Shown here: positions 1 through 15,400 of the stretch, piece after piece | Numbering within the stretch: position 1 is the first letter of the stretch | How the letters are laid out: each line of letters begins with the position of its first letter | NCBI GenBank assembly: GCA_002633005.1 | Contig: NMRA01000204.1 | Span: 399,645-463,644 of the forward strand | DNA: 64,000 nucleotides | Source of the DNA: Phoronis australis | Taxonomy: Eukaryota; Animalia; Phoronida | Direction: 5' to 3' | Program-made: the position numbers and the translations under genes | Notes under the pieces: generated by a model | Database searches by the model: none | The model's input: only the letters and a program-made list of their open reading frames with translations | Told to the model about the DNA's origin: nothing

Positions 1-510
1 ATACTGATATATTGTGTGCCCACTAAGCGATACTGAGATACTGCGATCCAACTACTATGTAATACTGAGATACTGTGCTACCATTAAGCAATGCTGATAT
101 ACTGTGAGCTCACTAAGTGATACTGAGATACCATGCTCCAACTATTAACTGATAATGAGATACTGCGTTCCCACTAAGTGATACTGAGATTAGAGGTACT
201 TCACTCCCACTATTAAGCAATCTAGTGAAAGAACATCAATTAAGACAAAAAAATCTCACACTGTTTATGAATAAAACAAGATATTTAAATTTCAACATCT
301 TTCCTGGGTTGTGCAAGTACATCGAAACATGTCCAAATTTAAAATATCTTGTTTTATTCATAAACAAATATTGGGATACTGTGTTCCCACTAATGAATGA
401 TATTAAGATACTATGTTCCCACTTCTTCGTAATACTGAGATACTGTACTGTCATTACTAAGCGATACTGAGATAATGTGCTCCCGTTGGTACGTGATACT
501 GAAATATTGA
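1..510. repeat. Degenerate minisatellite with 29/32-bp units (ATACTGAGATACTGTG...CCACTAAGTG), interrupted by a small inverted-repeat insert
   Basis: Repeated atactgagatac cores with unit lengths 29,32,29,29,32,29 from base 1; the array resumes at about 375-510. Confidence 0.85.
262..366. mobile_element. Small MITE-like inverted repeat inside the minisatellite
   Basis: TGTTTATGAATAAAACAAGATATTT at 262 and its perfect reverse complement ending at 366. Confidence 0.6.
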
Positions 511-3500
511 CAACCCATACCATGTGTAAGGCAGTCTGATGTCAGCAATATGATTGTGAGGAAACAGCACCACACCTGTAACAACACTGGTCAACTGGAC
601 AGACTTTCAGCATGACATGAAGTATAAACAAAAGTAAGGTATTTAAGGTTGAATACCAACACGCTAGGCTTTATACCATTGTCATTATGCAAACTGGAAA
701 CAACTTTCTCCATGACTTAGCCCCAGGGTGTAAAAAAATCATAACAAATGTCTTGCGTGATAGTAGGTCAGCCATAAAATACATGGGAATATCTTATTTA
801 CTTCAGCAAGACCAGATGCTTTGTACAAACAATACCAGACTTCGTCTTTTTCTTGTTGCCCATTTAACTGTGTTTATCCACCAAGAAACCCCTGTAATCG
901 GCTCAAAGCAAAAATCTTAGGAGGATCCCAATAAACTAGGAATCAGCGACCGCTGATTTTGAAGTACGTGTGTTCATTAGCTCCTGGCAGGATTTAAAGT
1001 TGCACTACCAACCAAGTTCAAGGTCATTGTTTCATGAAAGGTGACTTGAGACTGATTCAGGAATCTGGTTCTATGCTACACCAAACTATGTTTGAAAAAT
1101 AACATAATCTCACTTAAGCCAAAGTACGCAGTAACTGAGAAAGCACCAGTAACTGCTAATAACTGAGACGATCTAGTGTAAAACATCTTTATATTATGAC
1201 ATGTAAATAAGTAAATGGATGAACCTTTATTCGCTTACCGTGGAATGGGAAAAAAACCACGGGTCTGTTTCGAGAAAAGTGACTAATACTCGAGTAAGAA
1301 ATTTAACGGTTCACACAATAATTTCTGAAAACTGATTAAATCTCATAGAGCAAAACTGCAAAGTCCCTGAAAATATACGTCTAACTTCTAGTTACTACAA
1401 GTTCCACAAATTATTTCTAGACTTGGCCAAACATTTATTCAATAACAGAGAAGTGGTAAGGTAAGTCCACTGTCTTCACTCACATTTCATGAAACGAGTC
1501 CGGCATTACTGAAACACACTCCTGGTGTAAAATCAATGTTCTTTACAGGCGTGTTTGGCTCTCTGCATTAGGGTATCCTGTTCATTATCTTTTGCTTAAA
1601 CTGAAATAGGTTGCAACAAAACCTATGAAATTCCAGATGGCCACACACTGCTTCTGTGGCTGAAACTAACCCCCACAGACAATCAACTGTCATGGGCGTT
1701 GTCCCTCACAACCACATACTGCGAGTTGTTCACCAGCCCAGAAATCTTCTTCAGTTTGAACAAGCAGCAAGCGGATACTAGTTTCACGACTAAAATCAAT
1801 TTCATTTTGACAGAAGGTTCGGCGTGGGGTGGGAGGCAGTATTGAACCCCTAAATACATTTTCAGACGAAGTGAAACTGTACTACGCAATTTTATCTCAA
1901 AAACAACAACACTTCAGGAATAGCAGAGCATGTGAAAAGGTGAATAATACAGACTGCAGAGAATGGCATGCAATGGACCTGTTACCTGAAAATCGACAAA
2001 AACTATGCCCAGGAAATCCTACTGAAACACAGAATGGCACAAAATGTCCATTTACAGATCAAATGCCCAGCAATCTCTAGTGAAAATGACCGTAATGTAA
2101 TCCAATTAGGATTAGCAATCATCGTTAAGGGCAAAATAATTCTTGACAAGTTGACACAATTGACAGTGACTGCAGCCCAGCAATGGCAGGGAAAATAGCC
2201 ATAAAATGGTTATCCTACCAAGTGATTGCATATTAATTTCACGGTGACATGATGCCAATAGTGCCTTATGAGAGGTGCTAATGCCCTTTTCCAACTCATT
2301 GTGTCTACAATTTAAACAATACAATAACTGAAAACCAACCAAAGCCGAAATGTCGCAGAACAGCGTTTTCTGACAATACTGCATCAGGCTGTGTTATTAA
2401 ATGACATCCCAATTTTCATTCGGCAAATATTCAGCGCCACCTACAGATTATAGGACGGCAATATAATTTAGCAGAACTCAGGGCCCCCGATGCCTCTATT
2501 TTGGGGCCAAATATCAGAACCATACCTCTAAGAAAAATACGAAAAAATTAGGCGATCTCCCTCTCATCAAACCGAAAAATTCATCTCCAATGATCAAAAA
2601 ATTCCCATCTGGGTTAGCATCATTTCTGCAACCAGGGGATGGAATTAATAGTGGACTGGAGGAGGGAGGATTCTCGCCTCAACCGAAAAATTGCCCTTTC
2701 AAAAGGTACAGCCACCTTTACATAGTAAATAATGGCCCAGGAACTTTACATCCTGTTTGTCTTTGCAGTCATCGAGCAGTCAAGAATCACATATGCATGA
2801 CCATTGAGATGCTCACTATAAAAAGACAGTCATAAAATACACACCAATGTTAAATCCGTGATCTTATCCAACACAGTCAATCGTCAATGGAAAGTCAATT
2901 TTGTGTGCAAACTACAGCGACACAAGTTAATGACAGGTTCGCTCCACCCATTTCTATCTCTACAGAATGATTGACTGAAAGCTGTTTTTTTTTCTAAAAA
3001 ATGAACTCTATATTCAATGAACTAGTATGGAAAAGACTGGATACTTCAACACACACACACCTTAACCTACCAAAGTATCTCTCTACTAAAAGCCTAGTTC
3101 TGTGATTTCAATCATACTTGCACCAGCCTATAAATCACTGTTGTGTCAGCGACCCTAAACAGAAAACCAATCAACTGGCCCTGACATAACAAGATAGACA
3201 TTTTGACCATAGCCCAGAGCCTGGGTCAATTTATTTTCCCCACATCCATAACCATTAGCACTCAGTAGTGGACAGGTCTGGAGATTGCTGGGCAGGATTG
3301 GCAGCTCTTTAATTAACCAGCGACTGAATGAGAGCATTCACAGGTCTGTTGCCATTCCAAATAGCTTGGCAAACCTCTGTCATGCCAGTCAACACCATGA
3401 CACACAGCCTTTTGATAAAAAACAAAATCTATTGTTCAGAAGACACTAAATGTGACAAATGCATGAATTGTGCAGCAAATGACCCCATAATGAAAGCAAA

Positions 3501-6500
3501 TCAGATCCTTTGGTCAACAGTGTGGTTTTGGGGAACCACAAGAGGAATTGGTGGCTTTTAAAGGATAACTAGATTAGTATAATAGGACACTACCAACTGG
3601 GAAATTGGTAACCAAAACAAGTTGGTGAATGGGTTTCTGGTGGTTGGAGACTTTCTGCCCACCACGATCAATAAATACAAAGAACCACAGTCTAAATTAG
3701 TGGGACAATTTAATTAGTTTGTATTGACAAGATAAAATCAGGAGACAAGGTTTGTAATCTGTACATCATCTGATTTTGAATCACTACAGTTTATGATATT
3801 ACCCATAAGACATCAGTTAATTACTGCATTCAGAAGTGTTTTTTTGTAAGAAAGCAGACAGGATGTCTGATCAGATGTCTGATCTGATATCTGATCAGAC
3901 TGTCTGATATCAGAAAGCAGATCAGACACTTAAAAGGCATTTGCTGTCTTTCAACTAATTAGCATAATGTTATAAGCAACATGGTAATATCCTGGCTAAA
4001 CACCTATAATCAATTCACCATAGGCAAACATTGAAGTTAATTGAATCGTTCATACCAGCTTCAGTAGTTTAACAGCATCGACGTAAACGGTAGGTGACAC
4101 TATCATCATCGAAATAATCATAAGGTAGCACGCGTGCATCGTGTGCATGCTAAGATTTTTTTTAATGTGACAATTTCAGAATACTTACATGTGCTTATTG
4201 ACATAAACCTTATTTCTAATTTGATTGGTGATTATTCAAGCAAAATATAAGCAACTATTGACAACATTGTCCTCTACTTGTTAACAATAACGGTGGCCCC
4301 TGGTGATAACTTCGATGAGACCAAAGTTGACTGTTCTTATTGCACCGCAGCATCGACGCTCCGCTGTTAAATCCACCTATTTACTGTGAAGTTAACTGCC
4401 ACTGTTAATTTCCATCCAGGACCGGAGTTAACCGTTCATACTGACCGCAACTTCCCAAAAGATCGATGTCGACTTCAGTGTGAAAGGGCCTTAAGAAGGC
4501 AGATCTGTTGCCTGATTTGAGGGCAGAGATAAAAAGGCAGAACAGACAGCAGATCATGCATCCGATCTTCTTTCTAATTGGACGGCAGATGAACACTGTG
4601 TATACGTAAACACGAAGCAATCGGGACCTAAAAAGTCATCTTTCAGTTGCTAGACTCATTAGTGGGCATAAAATCATACAGGACATTTTAGTTCTAAGAA
4701 TAACCTGGGAGTAATATACATTGGTCCGAGGAATAGCAAACACAGTCAGAGACACTCCGTCAATTTTTGAGGTTGTACTATTGACTAGATAGAATCACAG
4801 AAATCAAGTAACACAATGAAACATTCCAGATTTTCTGACTACCCCCCATACTGGTAGCTCCTGCGCTAACATTCTTTGTGACATGGTTGTAAGCACGAGA
4901 CATCTCTTACAAGCAATGACGAATGTAAAAAAAAGTATGACTCATTGAAGAGATTATGAAGCCAAAACAGAAACATCACAAGTATCACTTTGAAGTTTTC
5001 ACCAGCTGCAGAGCTTGAGCAAGATTGCACTTTAAAATGTCAGCCACAAATGTTTTTTATACAGGCCCTGTCGGGACAGATATATACGCGTCACATGTTT
5101 CAGTGAGACAGTAGCACCCCTTTCAAGTTGTTCAGTTTTGGATGTAAGCTTAAGTCTGCGCTTTGCGAAATGGAAAATTGCTTATGCATTGGAGTGAGTG
5201 GCCCATGAAACAGGTCCCAAGTATATAACAACAGGACCAGTTTACACTGAGCAAGTACAGCTATTGTGTAACATACACCCCTAAGTGTCAGCCATTGAGA
5301 ACCATTGTTGTGCAACACAAGGCCAGTATGTTGTGATTTTAGTCCAGATTTTGATTTGAGATTCGTTAGCAGACAAGGTGCACTCTTTTTATCTCCAGGC
5401 ACACTGACCTATACATATACAGGTGCACGTATCTATACATACACTTATTTCANCCGCCCACCCCCGATTTTTTGGGTTCGCCAATTTAACCGCCCAGGGC
5501 GTTAACCCGAACGATTACGGTATGTTCCATAGGCCCCACCCTAACAAGATAATCTGTTTATTTTTTACAACCTATACTGTCTTGGATAACTCAACTTTGG
5601 GTAATTCTTGGTTGAACTTCAACAAAAACTATTGTCTATATGGTCATTTTTGAACATTCAAAAGCTCCACCAATGCTAAACATAAAAAGTACTAAGTATG
5701 CAGAGACAAAAAAATGTGTCGAAACGCCCTACATGGCTAACAGCACTTCCCAGAACTTTTACAACACAACAGCAAACTTATTCTCATTTCATAAACAAAC
5801 TGCCAAAGTGCTGTTGTCAGTCATGAAAATCAACCTGAAACACAGGTGCTTACTAAAGTTCAAGCACTTGAAAAGCAATAAATGTTGATTCGAACAAAAT
5901 TACTCAACACTTTCCACACTGAGTTTAACACTCAGGGTTCCCACAAAACAGCTAATTTCCTAGAGTAAGGTGACTAATATTTCAACGGAAACACTCTTTA
6001 ATGAAGGAATTTCGACTTAACTGGTTTTCAAAAGGTCAGTTTATATAGGAGAAATGTGTTTCCCAACTTCAAGGGTAGGCAATTACTGCTGGTTAAAAAC
6101 TGACATAACTTAAGTTCATAGAGTATAGTCCTCATGTATTTCTTAGTAAATTGTTTAGTGTTTAATTGCCTAAGAGTGGATGTAAGTGTAAGGTGCTTGT
6201 GACTTCCCTATAGAACCAACAGCAAGTAATTGAATTACAGAAAACAACAGGTAATCACATTTTGAAAATTTCCTGTGGCGCTAGTAATCAGAAGGTGCCA
6301 TGTTTTCCCACGCCTGGCCGCAAAACAGTTTTGTTTGTTGTGGCCAACCGTAAAGCTTGACCTGGCACAAGAGGCCCCAGGCTAACAGATGATAAGGACA
6401 CTGCCACACTGGTCAAGTGTTTGTTTGTATTTCGTTCTTGACCTTACAAGGGAAGATACCAAACTGGGGAGATGAGATACCCGTCTCTAAATATTTGGAA

Positions 6501-8330
6501 AGTGACTAATTTGTCGCCTCTACAGGTTTCTCCAATAAAAGTTGCCTTAAAGCAACTTGCAACCCCCCCCCCCATGAGTTCAGATCCCACAAAACTAGGC
6601 CTTGCATCAAATCTGGCGCAAAAAGGATTACTTTCACCTTGTCGCAGATTTGCATCCAAACTATGACTTGCGAGGGGCAATTTACCCCTCCAACCATTTC
6701 ATTTTGGAACACCCACATTATACTGTATGTAGCTTCATGCCTGCTTTTGAATTTTCCCCACCAACCCATAGTTGCTGTAGTTTTGCTGTCTACTGCTAAA
6801 TGAGAATGCCACCAAAGAAAATAACGTATTTTGCATCAATTTAGATCGAGTAGTCCACTCGATAACAGCAATTTCAGTTCTTTTACCTGACACCCGATGC
6901 CAAACACTGAGTTAAAGTTGACTTACAGTTTCAACAAGCAAACGAAGTCAATTTTGGCTATCTAATTTCTTATTATCTTGTTTCCATTTCAATGCAAAAA
7001 TACTCCAATATGCGTATTTGATTATGGCGACTATGTGAAATATGCATGTCTCATTACTAGGTCTCGCATTAAGACTCACGGGAAATTTGCTAAAATCACC
7101 TGGTTCCACGTAATGACCTGAATCAATAAATGGCGAAGCAAGCAGCTTCGCTTCCTGACTTCATTCACCACAGTATGCCTTTCTAGGACTGAGCTGACTT
7201 AGGTCGACTCTATCGCAAGTAATTACCAAAGGAATCTATTGATCCCTATTCCCTCATGTTTATGCAAATCATTACACATGGATTTCGTCCATAATTAATG
7301 AACAGTTCCCTGCCTGCAGCGAAGACTTGCGATATCTATAGTTCTTAACAATAGAGTTGGTTAGAACATTTGAAAAATGAATTTAAAAGTAGAAGAATGC
7401 AAGAACGATACCAATCGATGTGAGGGCATTAACATTCCAAACATGACAGAAAATATGACACCGTGATACGGTCAATTAAGAGAGAATGCTATCTACTTGT
7501 TCAAAACAAGAAGACCTGAGACTAGCTGAGTACCCACAGCACAAAGACCCAAGGCTATTAGCCTGAAGATAACTTCATTAACACCAAACAAAAGACAGTG
7601 ATGCCAAATTCCATAGCAAAAGGGTAAATGTCAAAACAGATCCAAGAAGCTGATGGTAAAATCATCACTTCCAATTACTCAGAAAGCCAGCCATTTAACA
7701 ATAATCGCAAGATCTGAAAATCTTTCACCAACGCACACTTTCAGAGCCATTATTCTATGTTTGCAACACTTTTATGTAACTATTGCCCAGGGGCAGAAAA
7801 TAACAATTGTCTACAAATACATAATCCACCGAGCAAAATTGGTAACCACTGAGACAATTTAGGAATGAAAATGAATAACACATGAATTGTTTAAACTAAA
7901 TTCCATTAACAATCCATCAACTTAAAATTATCAAATAATTTCTGAAGGAGAGCATACAATTATAAAATGCATATCTAACGGACACTATCTGATAAATGTG
8001 TGGTGAAGAGAAATATAGCCAGGGAGAGAGTGACTACCCAGTAGAGCCTGTGTGGTCAATAATTCTATTAATACCTATTTTTCTTAGAGCATTATGTCAA
8101 ACAAACGACAGAAAATTGGGTGTAAACATACACCCGTCTGGCGTTCAGGCCTGAGGGCATTGAACACAAAAATAGTTAGTCGTCACAGCTCAGACAAAAA
8201 CCAACATCAATATTCCCCTGAACACAATGACTGCAAACCACAAATCAGTAGACATCTCAATGTACGTCAATGCTGACATCATGCCTTTGCCAAAACAGTG
8301 GCTCAGAAATAGCAAAAGAATGGCACCTAC

Positions 8331-10790
8331 CTGTGAATGCCCTTCAAAAGCTGCCATGTGGAGGGGCGTCAAGCCAGCATTGTCCCGGTGCATGTCATCC
8401 AATCCCCGGTCTAATAACTTCTGGACTATGACAGGATTTCCCTGTCCACATGCAATTGACAGCACGGTACGACCGTCCGAATCGATGGAGTCAATAGCAG
8501 CCCCCCAGAACAACAATAAATCCACAATATCCACGTGTCCCATCGAAGCGCACGCCAGTAATGGTGTGCGGCCATTTTTGTCGGCAGCATCTACATCGGC
8601 ATCCCCTTCAAGCAGTAGTTCGCACACACGGTACTGTCCCTCATAGGAAGCCACCAACAAGGGAGTCATGCCGTCATTGTCGCGGTGATCAACCTCAGCA
8701 CCACGGTCCAACAGGAGGCTGATGACGCACGAATGACCTTCAGAGGCAGGAACACACAGAGCTGAAACGGACAGAGCTGTACGACCATCACAGTCATGGT
8801 GGTTAATATTAGCACCATGGTCTAGTAGGTGTGATACTATGGTGGAATGGCCCATGTATGCTGCTGCAATGAGGGCCGTCCTGCCCTCGTTGTCAACAAT
8901 ATTAACATCAGCGCCATAACGCAGCAGTAATAAAACAATGTCATCGTGACCACTCCAAGCTGCAGCACGCAAGGCGGTGCGGTTATCACTGTCTGGATTA
9001 TCTACTGCTGAGCCCGCCTGCAACAAAAGAGCAACAACTTCGGTGTGACCGCCCCACGAGGCCGAGCGCAGCGGCGTCCAACCGTCATTGTCAGCATGAT
9101 CAATATGGACCCCAGCACGTATCAGTGATCTCACCACTTCCGCCTGACCCTGTTTCGCACTGAGATTGATGGCCGTCTGGCCATTTTTATCCGCTAGCTC
9201 CAACTCAGCATTGCGAGCGATTAGAATGTTTACTAACTCAAGATTACCCTGGTAGGAGGCATTGCACAGTAAAGTCCGGCCGTTCTTGTCGATTTCATTG
9301 ATAGATATGTCGCTGGCCAACAGCTTGGCAATAGAGTCTCTCCTCTCTTTTTCAACTGTTGCACTCTTATCTTCAACCGTGGGCATGTGAGCCCCTGCAT
9401 CCAATAGTAACTTCGCCACACCACCGTCCTTTGGGAGTCCAGGCAACAGACTAGCCTCTACAGGGGCACCACTCTGAATCAGCCACACAACCAAATGGTA
9501 GTGTTCTAGTTGGCTACACAGATCCATCTTGCTTAGATGAAGGGCAAAGTCTTGTACCTCCGATGGACCCAGTTTTGGGGCCACAGCTGTGTAACTCATG
9601 GCCAGCATTCCATGGCCATCGCTGGCACTGCACAAATATTTCTGGGTACAATGTTTGACGTCAAGCAGCCACTCAGAGAAACTGTGATGGAATAGGATTT
9701 TTGTGCCACTTGAATCATCTATGAGTATATTCGACAGAGCACCCAGATCCTTCAAAAAATCTTTGAATGTCGGAGCATTGCCTTTAGTACAAATGCATTG
9801 GTACAATTCTTCAGCAGTTAGTGGCTTTCGAGCGGCAAGAATGACATTTAGGATCGGTTGAACACGAGCAAACTGCTTCCGCCCAAACAGTCGTTGGCAA
9901 AGCCACAAGTAGAGTCCATTCAGAGTACCTGGGATCTCACGAATATCCTTCAGGGAGATAAACTCGTCCGCAACACCATCCAAAACTTTAGCCAAGTAGA
10001 GAAAACAGCCATTGCTCTTGATATGCAGTTGATTCAACATTTCCGCCGTCTCTCTACTCAGATGTTTTCTCAACGCTGCCTCTTGGTCAAGACGACACAA
10101 GATGTACTGTTGCACATCACGAACAACGTGAGACTTGCGGAGATCATCCAGGCTTATCTTCCGAAATCCCGTAAACAGACGAGTCACTGTTTTACTCTGT
10201 TTCCTCGCCGAGCACACAAGTAAGAGCCATGGAGGAAAAATGTGGTGATGCGCAGCGAGAAGTTCAGCAATGGTGTTGCTCAGGCCATCTTTCTTGGTGA
10301 TGCTGTAAAGGTAAGACTCGTCTATAGAGTCAATCAAGCAGAATAGATTATGAGTGGGAGGGTGTATAGTCAATAAAGGCAAAAGTACTCCTTTCTTGAA
10401 GGCGTTGTCAGGGTTACGTTCGCACTCTTCAGTCGACAGCATGGCTTGTATTGAAGGCTCCTGGACCTTCTCAGCATAGCCTGTGATCAATTTTGACTTG
10501 ACAAGCTGCGCAGATAGGCTCTGGATGAAGTTCGTCAACGACAGAGTCTCTATGTCGTGGGCTTGGCAGAAATGATATGCGACCATTCGCTTGTTCAGCG
10601 ACTGCTGACGACCTTGACACGTGGGCCAGACGACTTCGCAACAGAGAGCTGTCTTCCCGCACCCGGGTCCACCCATGATGAGGGCACCACATGTCTTGGC
10701 TGAGGCACGATGCTCCAAGCAGTGGTTGACCTTGCTGAATGCCCATTCCCGACAGAAGAACCGCTTCCCCTCCAACAGACTATGGGCCAT
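8331..10790 (-). CDS. ANKRD50: Ankyrin repeat domain-containing protein 50, first coding exon (N-terminal STAND/NACHT-like P-loop plus ankyrin repeats); further exons lie beyond the left edge of the window
   Basis: N-terminus [17 protein letters not shown], Walker [16 protein letters not shown], Walker [29 protein letters not shown], then about 10 ankyrin repeats (e.g. [13 protein letters not shown]). Acceptor TTGTAG before 10819; donor CAG|GTAGGT at 8331/8330. The ORF tail past 8331 is intron read-through. Confidence 0.93.
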
Positions 10791-13700
10791 AGCGAACTTC
10801 TTGTCAATCCATCAGATGTCTACAACAGAACAGAAAATAACAATGACTAATAAACATTTAACAAAACTATGACTATTGCAAAACCAAAGAGAAGATACGC
10901 AATTGAAAATTCCCACCTAAAGCGAGCATGAAAAATCCACCCATGATGGCGGTCAACCTTCTTTTGGGCAGTAACATAGTCATAATCCATGAAATGTTCG
11001 CAACTGACAATCCTCTTGTGCTCGCTGACTATTCAGTATAGTTATTTGATTGACAATAATAGGTTCAGAAATATTTTACCCCATAATTGCCATCTATGCA
11101 ATACCACATTTCTTATGTAGCGGTGACGAAACAAAATATGCTTTCACGCTTTGTCACGAGATGCCGCTAAAGTCGCTGATGGACAGCATTCCTGGACGAG
11201 GATTTAATGTTATGGGACTTCCTACCATTTTTTAATAAATTTATTACCACTGTTCTGTGGTGGGGTATTCAAATGAACTGTACAAAATGTTCAACGTCTC
11301 AAAATCCCAGGGACTGAAAAAATTGCATTGTGTCCTTAATTGCTCTCTGCCGGAACCAAGACACTCTTATGCTACCACAATGCATACAGTGGAACTTGTA
11401 TGCTAATTCCTTATATCTGTGATTACTTGATCGAATTAATTAGAAACACAACATATAGCGAGGATGTGAATATGAAGGACGTTGAAAATTGCCAAATATT
11501 TTTAAGAACGAGTTTTGTATCAAAAAAGGATCCGCCACAAATCACCCAACCGTGTCCAATAACGTGACGTGGTGTTTGGGAATAGCATAGCATGATGCAG
11601 GATATGTGAGCCGCCGAGTTACGTTATTAGTGCAAAGGTCACCAATTTAAAGAATTTTTCATTTTCACATTTACAAGTTGTTAGTGAGTACAACTGCACA
11701 TTGTTTGGCGTAGATGGTGTTCAAATAGCATTCAATTTGTCCTTTAGTTCCTGCTATACATTAGCATAGTTAAGAGCAGCAATATACATCTTTAAGGAAT
11801 GTGGGATGTTTCCAGCTGAAGCCATAACTTAAGAGACCAACTGACCATAACACATATGATAATGGTCTTTAATTGCCGCTAACTAAATGTCAGTCAGTTC
11901 ACACAATTAATGATAATTGATACCTGTACTCATTACACCATGTACAAACTGGACAGTTGACCAGGTCAGAATGCATGACTACCATACCTTACTCAATCCC
12001 ATGTTATGTCCATCATCAGTTATATTCTGAACCAAATAACACGATTATATTCTTGATTTACAGGCCACATAAAATCCTTGCTAAATTAAAATGAACATAA
12101 TGTTGCTATAAGCGTGAACAAATCTATTCACAATATGTATTTAAAGTTTAGATTAACTGGTCTCACTCCCTCTTATTTAACATTGTAATTCTTCACTTAT
12201 TACGCACAAAATTTATTGCTAAAATTTCATTTGTCTATTTTTCTAAGGCTGATTACCTTGCTGTAAAAATACAAACTGTATCAAATGTTGTTTTACGACA
12301 TCTACAAAATACAAACCAAGCTAACAATGGACCAAAAATTTCCTTTATCGTCATTTTTGATGAGAAACTGGAAAAAATAAAAATTTCCCTCGTCCGCCAT
12401 ACGTATGCCTTATTGGTGAAAAATTACCGTGCCTATATTTGCGTGTGTGTTGAAAGAGAGAAGCAATACATGGCCTTGCATGAATCACCAGCGAGTATTG
12501 AGCTGTTTCATCAAAATTCTCCAGTGAACCAGTCTAAATACACAAGATTCGCCAGATATTAACGACAGGCTGCCAACGCAAGGGAACGAGAGCTGAAAAT
12601 CTGCTTAGGCTGTCTACAGAAATTGATTAGAAAACACGTTCAGAATTAGCAATTTCTGCTGAATAAGGAAACAGCACGCTAAGCGGATTTTCGAGTTAGT
12701 GTGCTGGAAAAGGCAGCAAATGAACGCGATTGACATGGTTCAATAGACTGCGTGCTCCGCTAGTGTAGAAATTCAAATAACGCTTGATGTACGTAGGTGG
12801 ACAGTTATAGCTTACTTTGAACCAGTCTTAAATAACTAAAAACTCATAAAAAGACAGAACATGAAAGAGCTCTATGATTTGTCATTAAAAGACCAAGACT
12901 CGGAACAAATTGGACACGTTTAAGCTGACCTAAACCTCTTTTCCAAAATACTCTCGCGAAATATCTCTTTCAGAGCAACTGAACACTGCTCAGAATAGAA
13001 CGGCCTAATAAGAAGAGAAAAGCCTTGTTGAAAAAAAATATTAAACGCATGACAACTGAAAAAGAGTGATCACAGCAGCTAGGTAAAAAAAAAACTTAAA
13101 ACACATGGTTACCAGGTTATCACCTAAGATTGAGAAAACATGCATCAAGATTGAATCAACCCTTTAGAACCTCCTAAATCATGAATACACATGACTTCTC
13201 CAAAAATCAGCTTCCTTTAACCGCAACTGTTCTTTAACTGCAGGTCTAAATGCCAAATGCGACCTGACAAAATTCCCATGTCACCCACTAGGAAAGCTGC
13301 TTGGTAAGACAAAGAAACATTGTATTAAGTAGTCCTCGCTTCCAACAACACATACTGGTAGTTGGTAAATATCGAAAACGAAAAAAAAACGGGATCTGAA
13401 TTGAAAAACTAGAAATAGGGAACACCACAAATCGCTCGTTGAATGGACGATTACAAGTATATTGTGTGATCAGTAATGACCAATACCTTCCTCAGGCCTC
13501 CCAGTTGCCAACCCTACCTAAAGGAAAACCAGACAATCAGGACACGTCAGTGCATAAACCATCAACGGGTCTTTTCGGCTTTTGTCATAATATTCAGACT
13601 ACATTCAGTTAACTTGCTGTACTAATTTGAGCATGTGCTCAGATGTGAGCGAAATTGTTGCAACTTTGTAGCTACTTGGGATATTTCCCAGGTCGCCAAA

Positions 13701-15166
13701 TAAAATCTGAGGTCTCATTGTCAAGCTGCGGGTCACCAAATCAAGCCTTGCATTGTCCAATCCGTAGTTTACGGTAATTTTCTATATTTTTTACCCATGC
13801 AGCTCACACTGGTACTCAATACTCTTGCTACTTAAAGGTGTCTTAATTAATCGGAGCAAACAGACAGGAGCAACTGTTTTAAGTACTCTCAATAACAGCT
13901 AATTTTCATCAAGGCACCAGAAATAGGAGAGTCTATCAACAGTCAGCCATACAGTGTTATACTTGCTGAAAGGATCACCAGTTTGATAACCCTTTAGGCT
14001 GGTTGATTCTTTTGAACTCCTGATCTATCCTTGTCTGATTAAGAGAATTAACTTTGTGACCGCTGGCAATGTGATGCTGCTTGCTCAGTCCTTAATTGTT
14101 AGTGTGAGTTTGTGTGGTCAGAATTCAAATCCTGTGGTTAAGTGTTCAGGTTGCTCATTCCTATCATGAGAACTAATAACTAGATATATAACTATTGCAT
14201 ACTGTTCTGAAGAGAGAAGGGAGGTAACCCTAGACAGCACCACCACGTTAACTGGCCCCAATAGAGATGGTATTCATCCCATAGGCTCTGATTTAACCAT
14301 AGAGAGACAAGTTAGGAGGCCGTTGATATTTTTAACTCTTCCCAGTTTGAACAAGGATTCCGACAATCAACATCATATCCTCTGGCACAAACTAAGTGTA
14401 AAAATGGCCAAATGCCGATTTCGGCAACTGAACAAACGACTGGTCAAAAAAGTTTGATTGTGGGAGTATTTGTTCGAACTGGGAAAAATTAAAGACATCA
14501 ACAGTCTATTAAGGTGTCCCTTTATGTGCAAACTGTGCTTAGAGCAACTTGAATTTTATGGTTTAATCAGTGTAAAGCTAGCCGAAAAACTGGCTTATGG
14601 AGGGCCTATGAAATGACTACTGTCTCTTCTACCAGTTGAGATTAGACTAGATGGGTACTGTCTAACTCAACCCATACCCGAGTCTAAGCGAAATCAAACC
14701 ATAGGCTATGCCAACAAAAGTGCACACAAACACAAATTTACGTGTAGAAAAAGAGTTCTGTCCCGGAGTTCTGAGTAACAAACACACAAAGTAGTCGCAG
14801 TGAGTGAGACGGCACAAGCCGTATATAATGGAATCTGATCTAAACCAGGATGAGCCAGTGAGACGTCAACGTCAGGAAATCCCCACCAACAGAATTTGAT
14901 GACACTCAAAAAAAAATCAAAACTTCTGGTCCTTTTAAAACCAAATCAGATGGTGCCACTGAAAAACTGACTTTTTGCGAGAGCAAATGAAGACAAAACG
15001 TTGGACTGGCGATTAAAATCACTCATTTGAGTCTTAGAGATCTTCTGATCGTGTGCACAGGCAACTAAAACTTCGTGAACAAGCATCAATGTTCCACACG
15101 AAATTACGCATAATTAGAGCTAGAATTTCAGTATATGGCATTCTATGAGGTACAAAGACTACTTAC

Positions 15167-15400
15167 AATACACTAAGGTCCATCAACGATTACCTATCCA
15201 GTGAAGATTGACGAAAATAGACGAATTCATCGGAGGCACTTTTCACACAACTTCTTCGTCCAAACAGCCTGTCAGCACAAAAGCTTCGATTATTATTGGA
15301 GGAGGGGCTTATGACGTCATCTGCCATTCATAAAGTTTCAGCGCAGCCAGACAACTCGGCGCGTGCGGCGCGTACTGTCTATTTTTTCTCGAAAAACTTC
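15167..15400 (-). promoter_or_regulatory. Putative promoter and non-coding first exon of ANKRD50
   Basis: Minus-strand donor ATT|GTAAGT at 15167/15166, a CRE palindrome TGACGTCA at 15312-15319 and a CpG-rich patch near 15355-15375. The coding exon has an acceptor 29 nt upstream of its ATG, which implies a 5'-UTR exon. Confidence 0.35.

Noticed and set aside
8190-8330. Hydrophobic C-terminus of the 866-aa ORF as a transmembrane anchor
   Set aside because: It follows a good splice donor in mid-ankyrin repeat, so it is intron read-through
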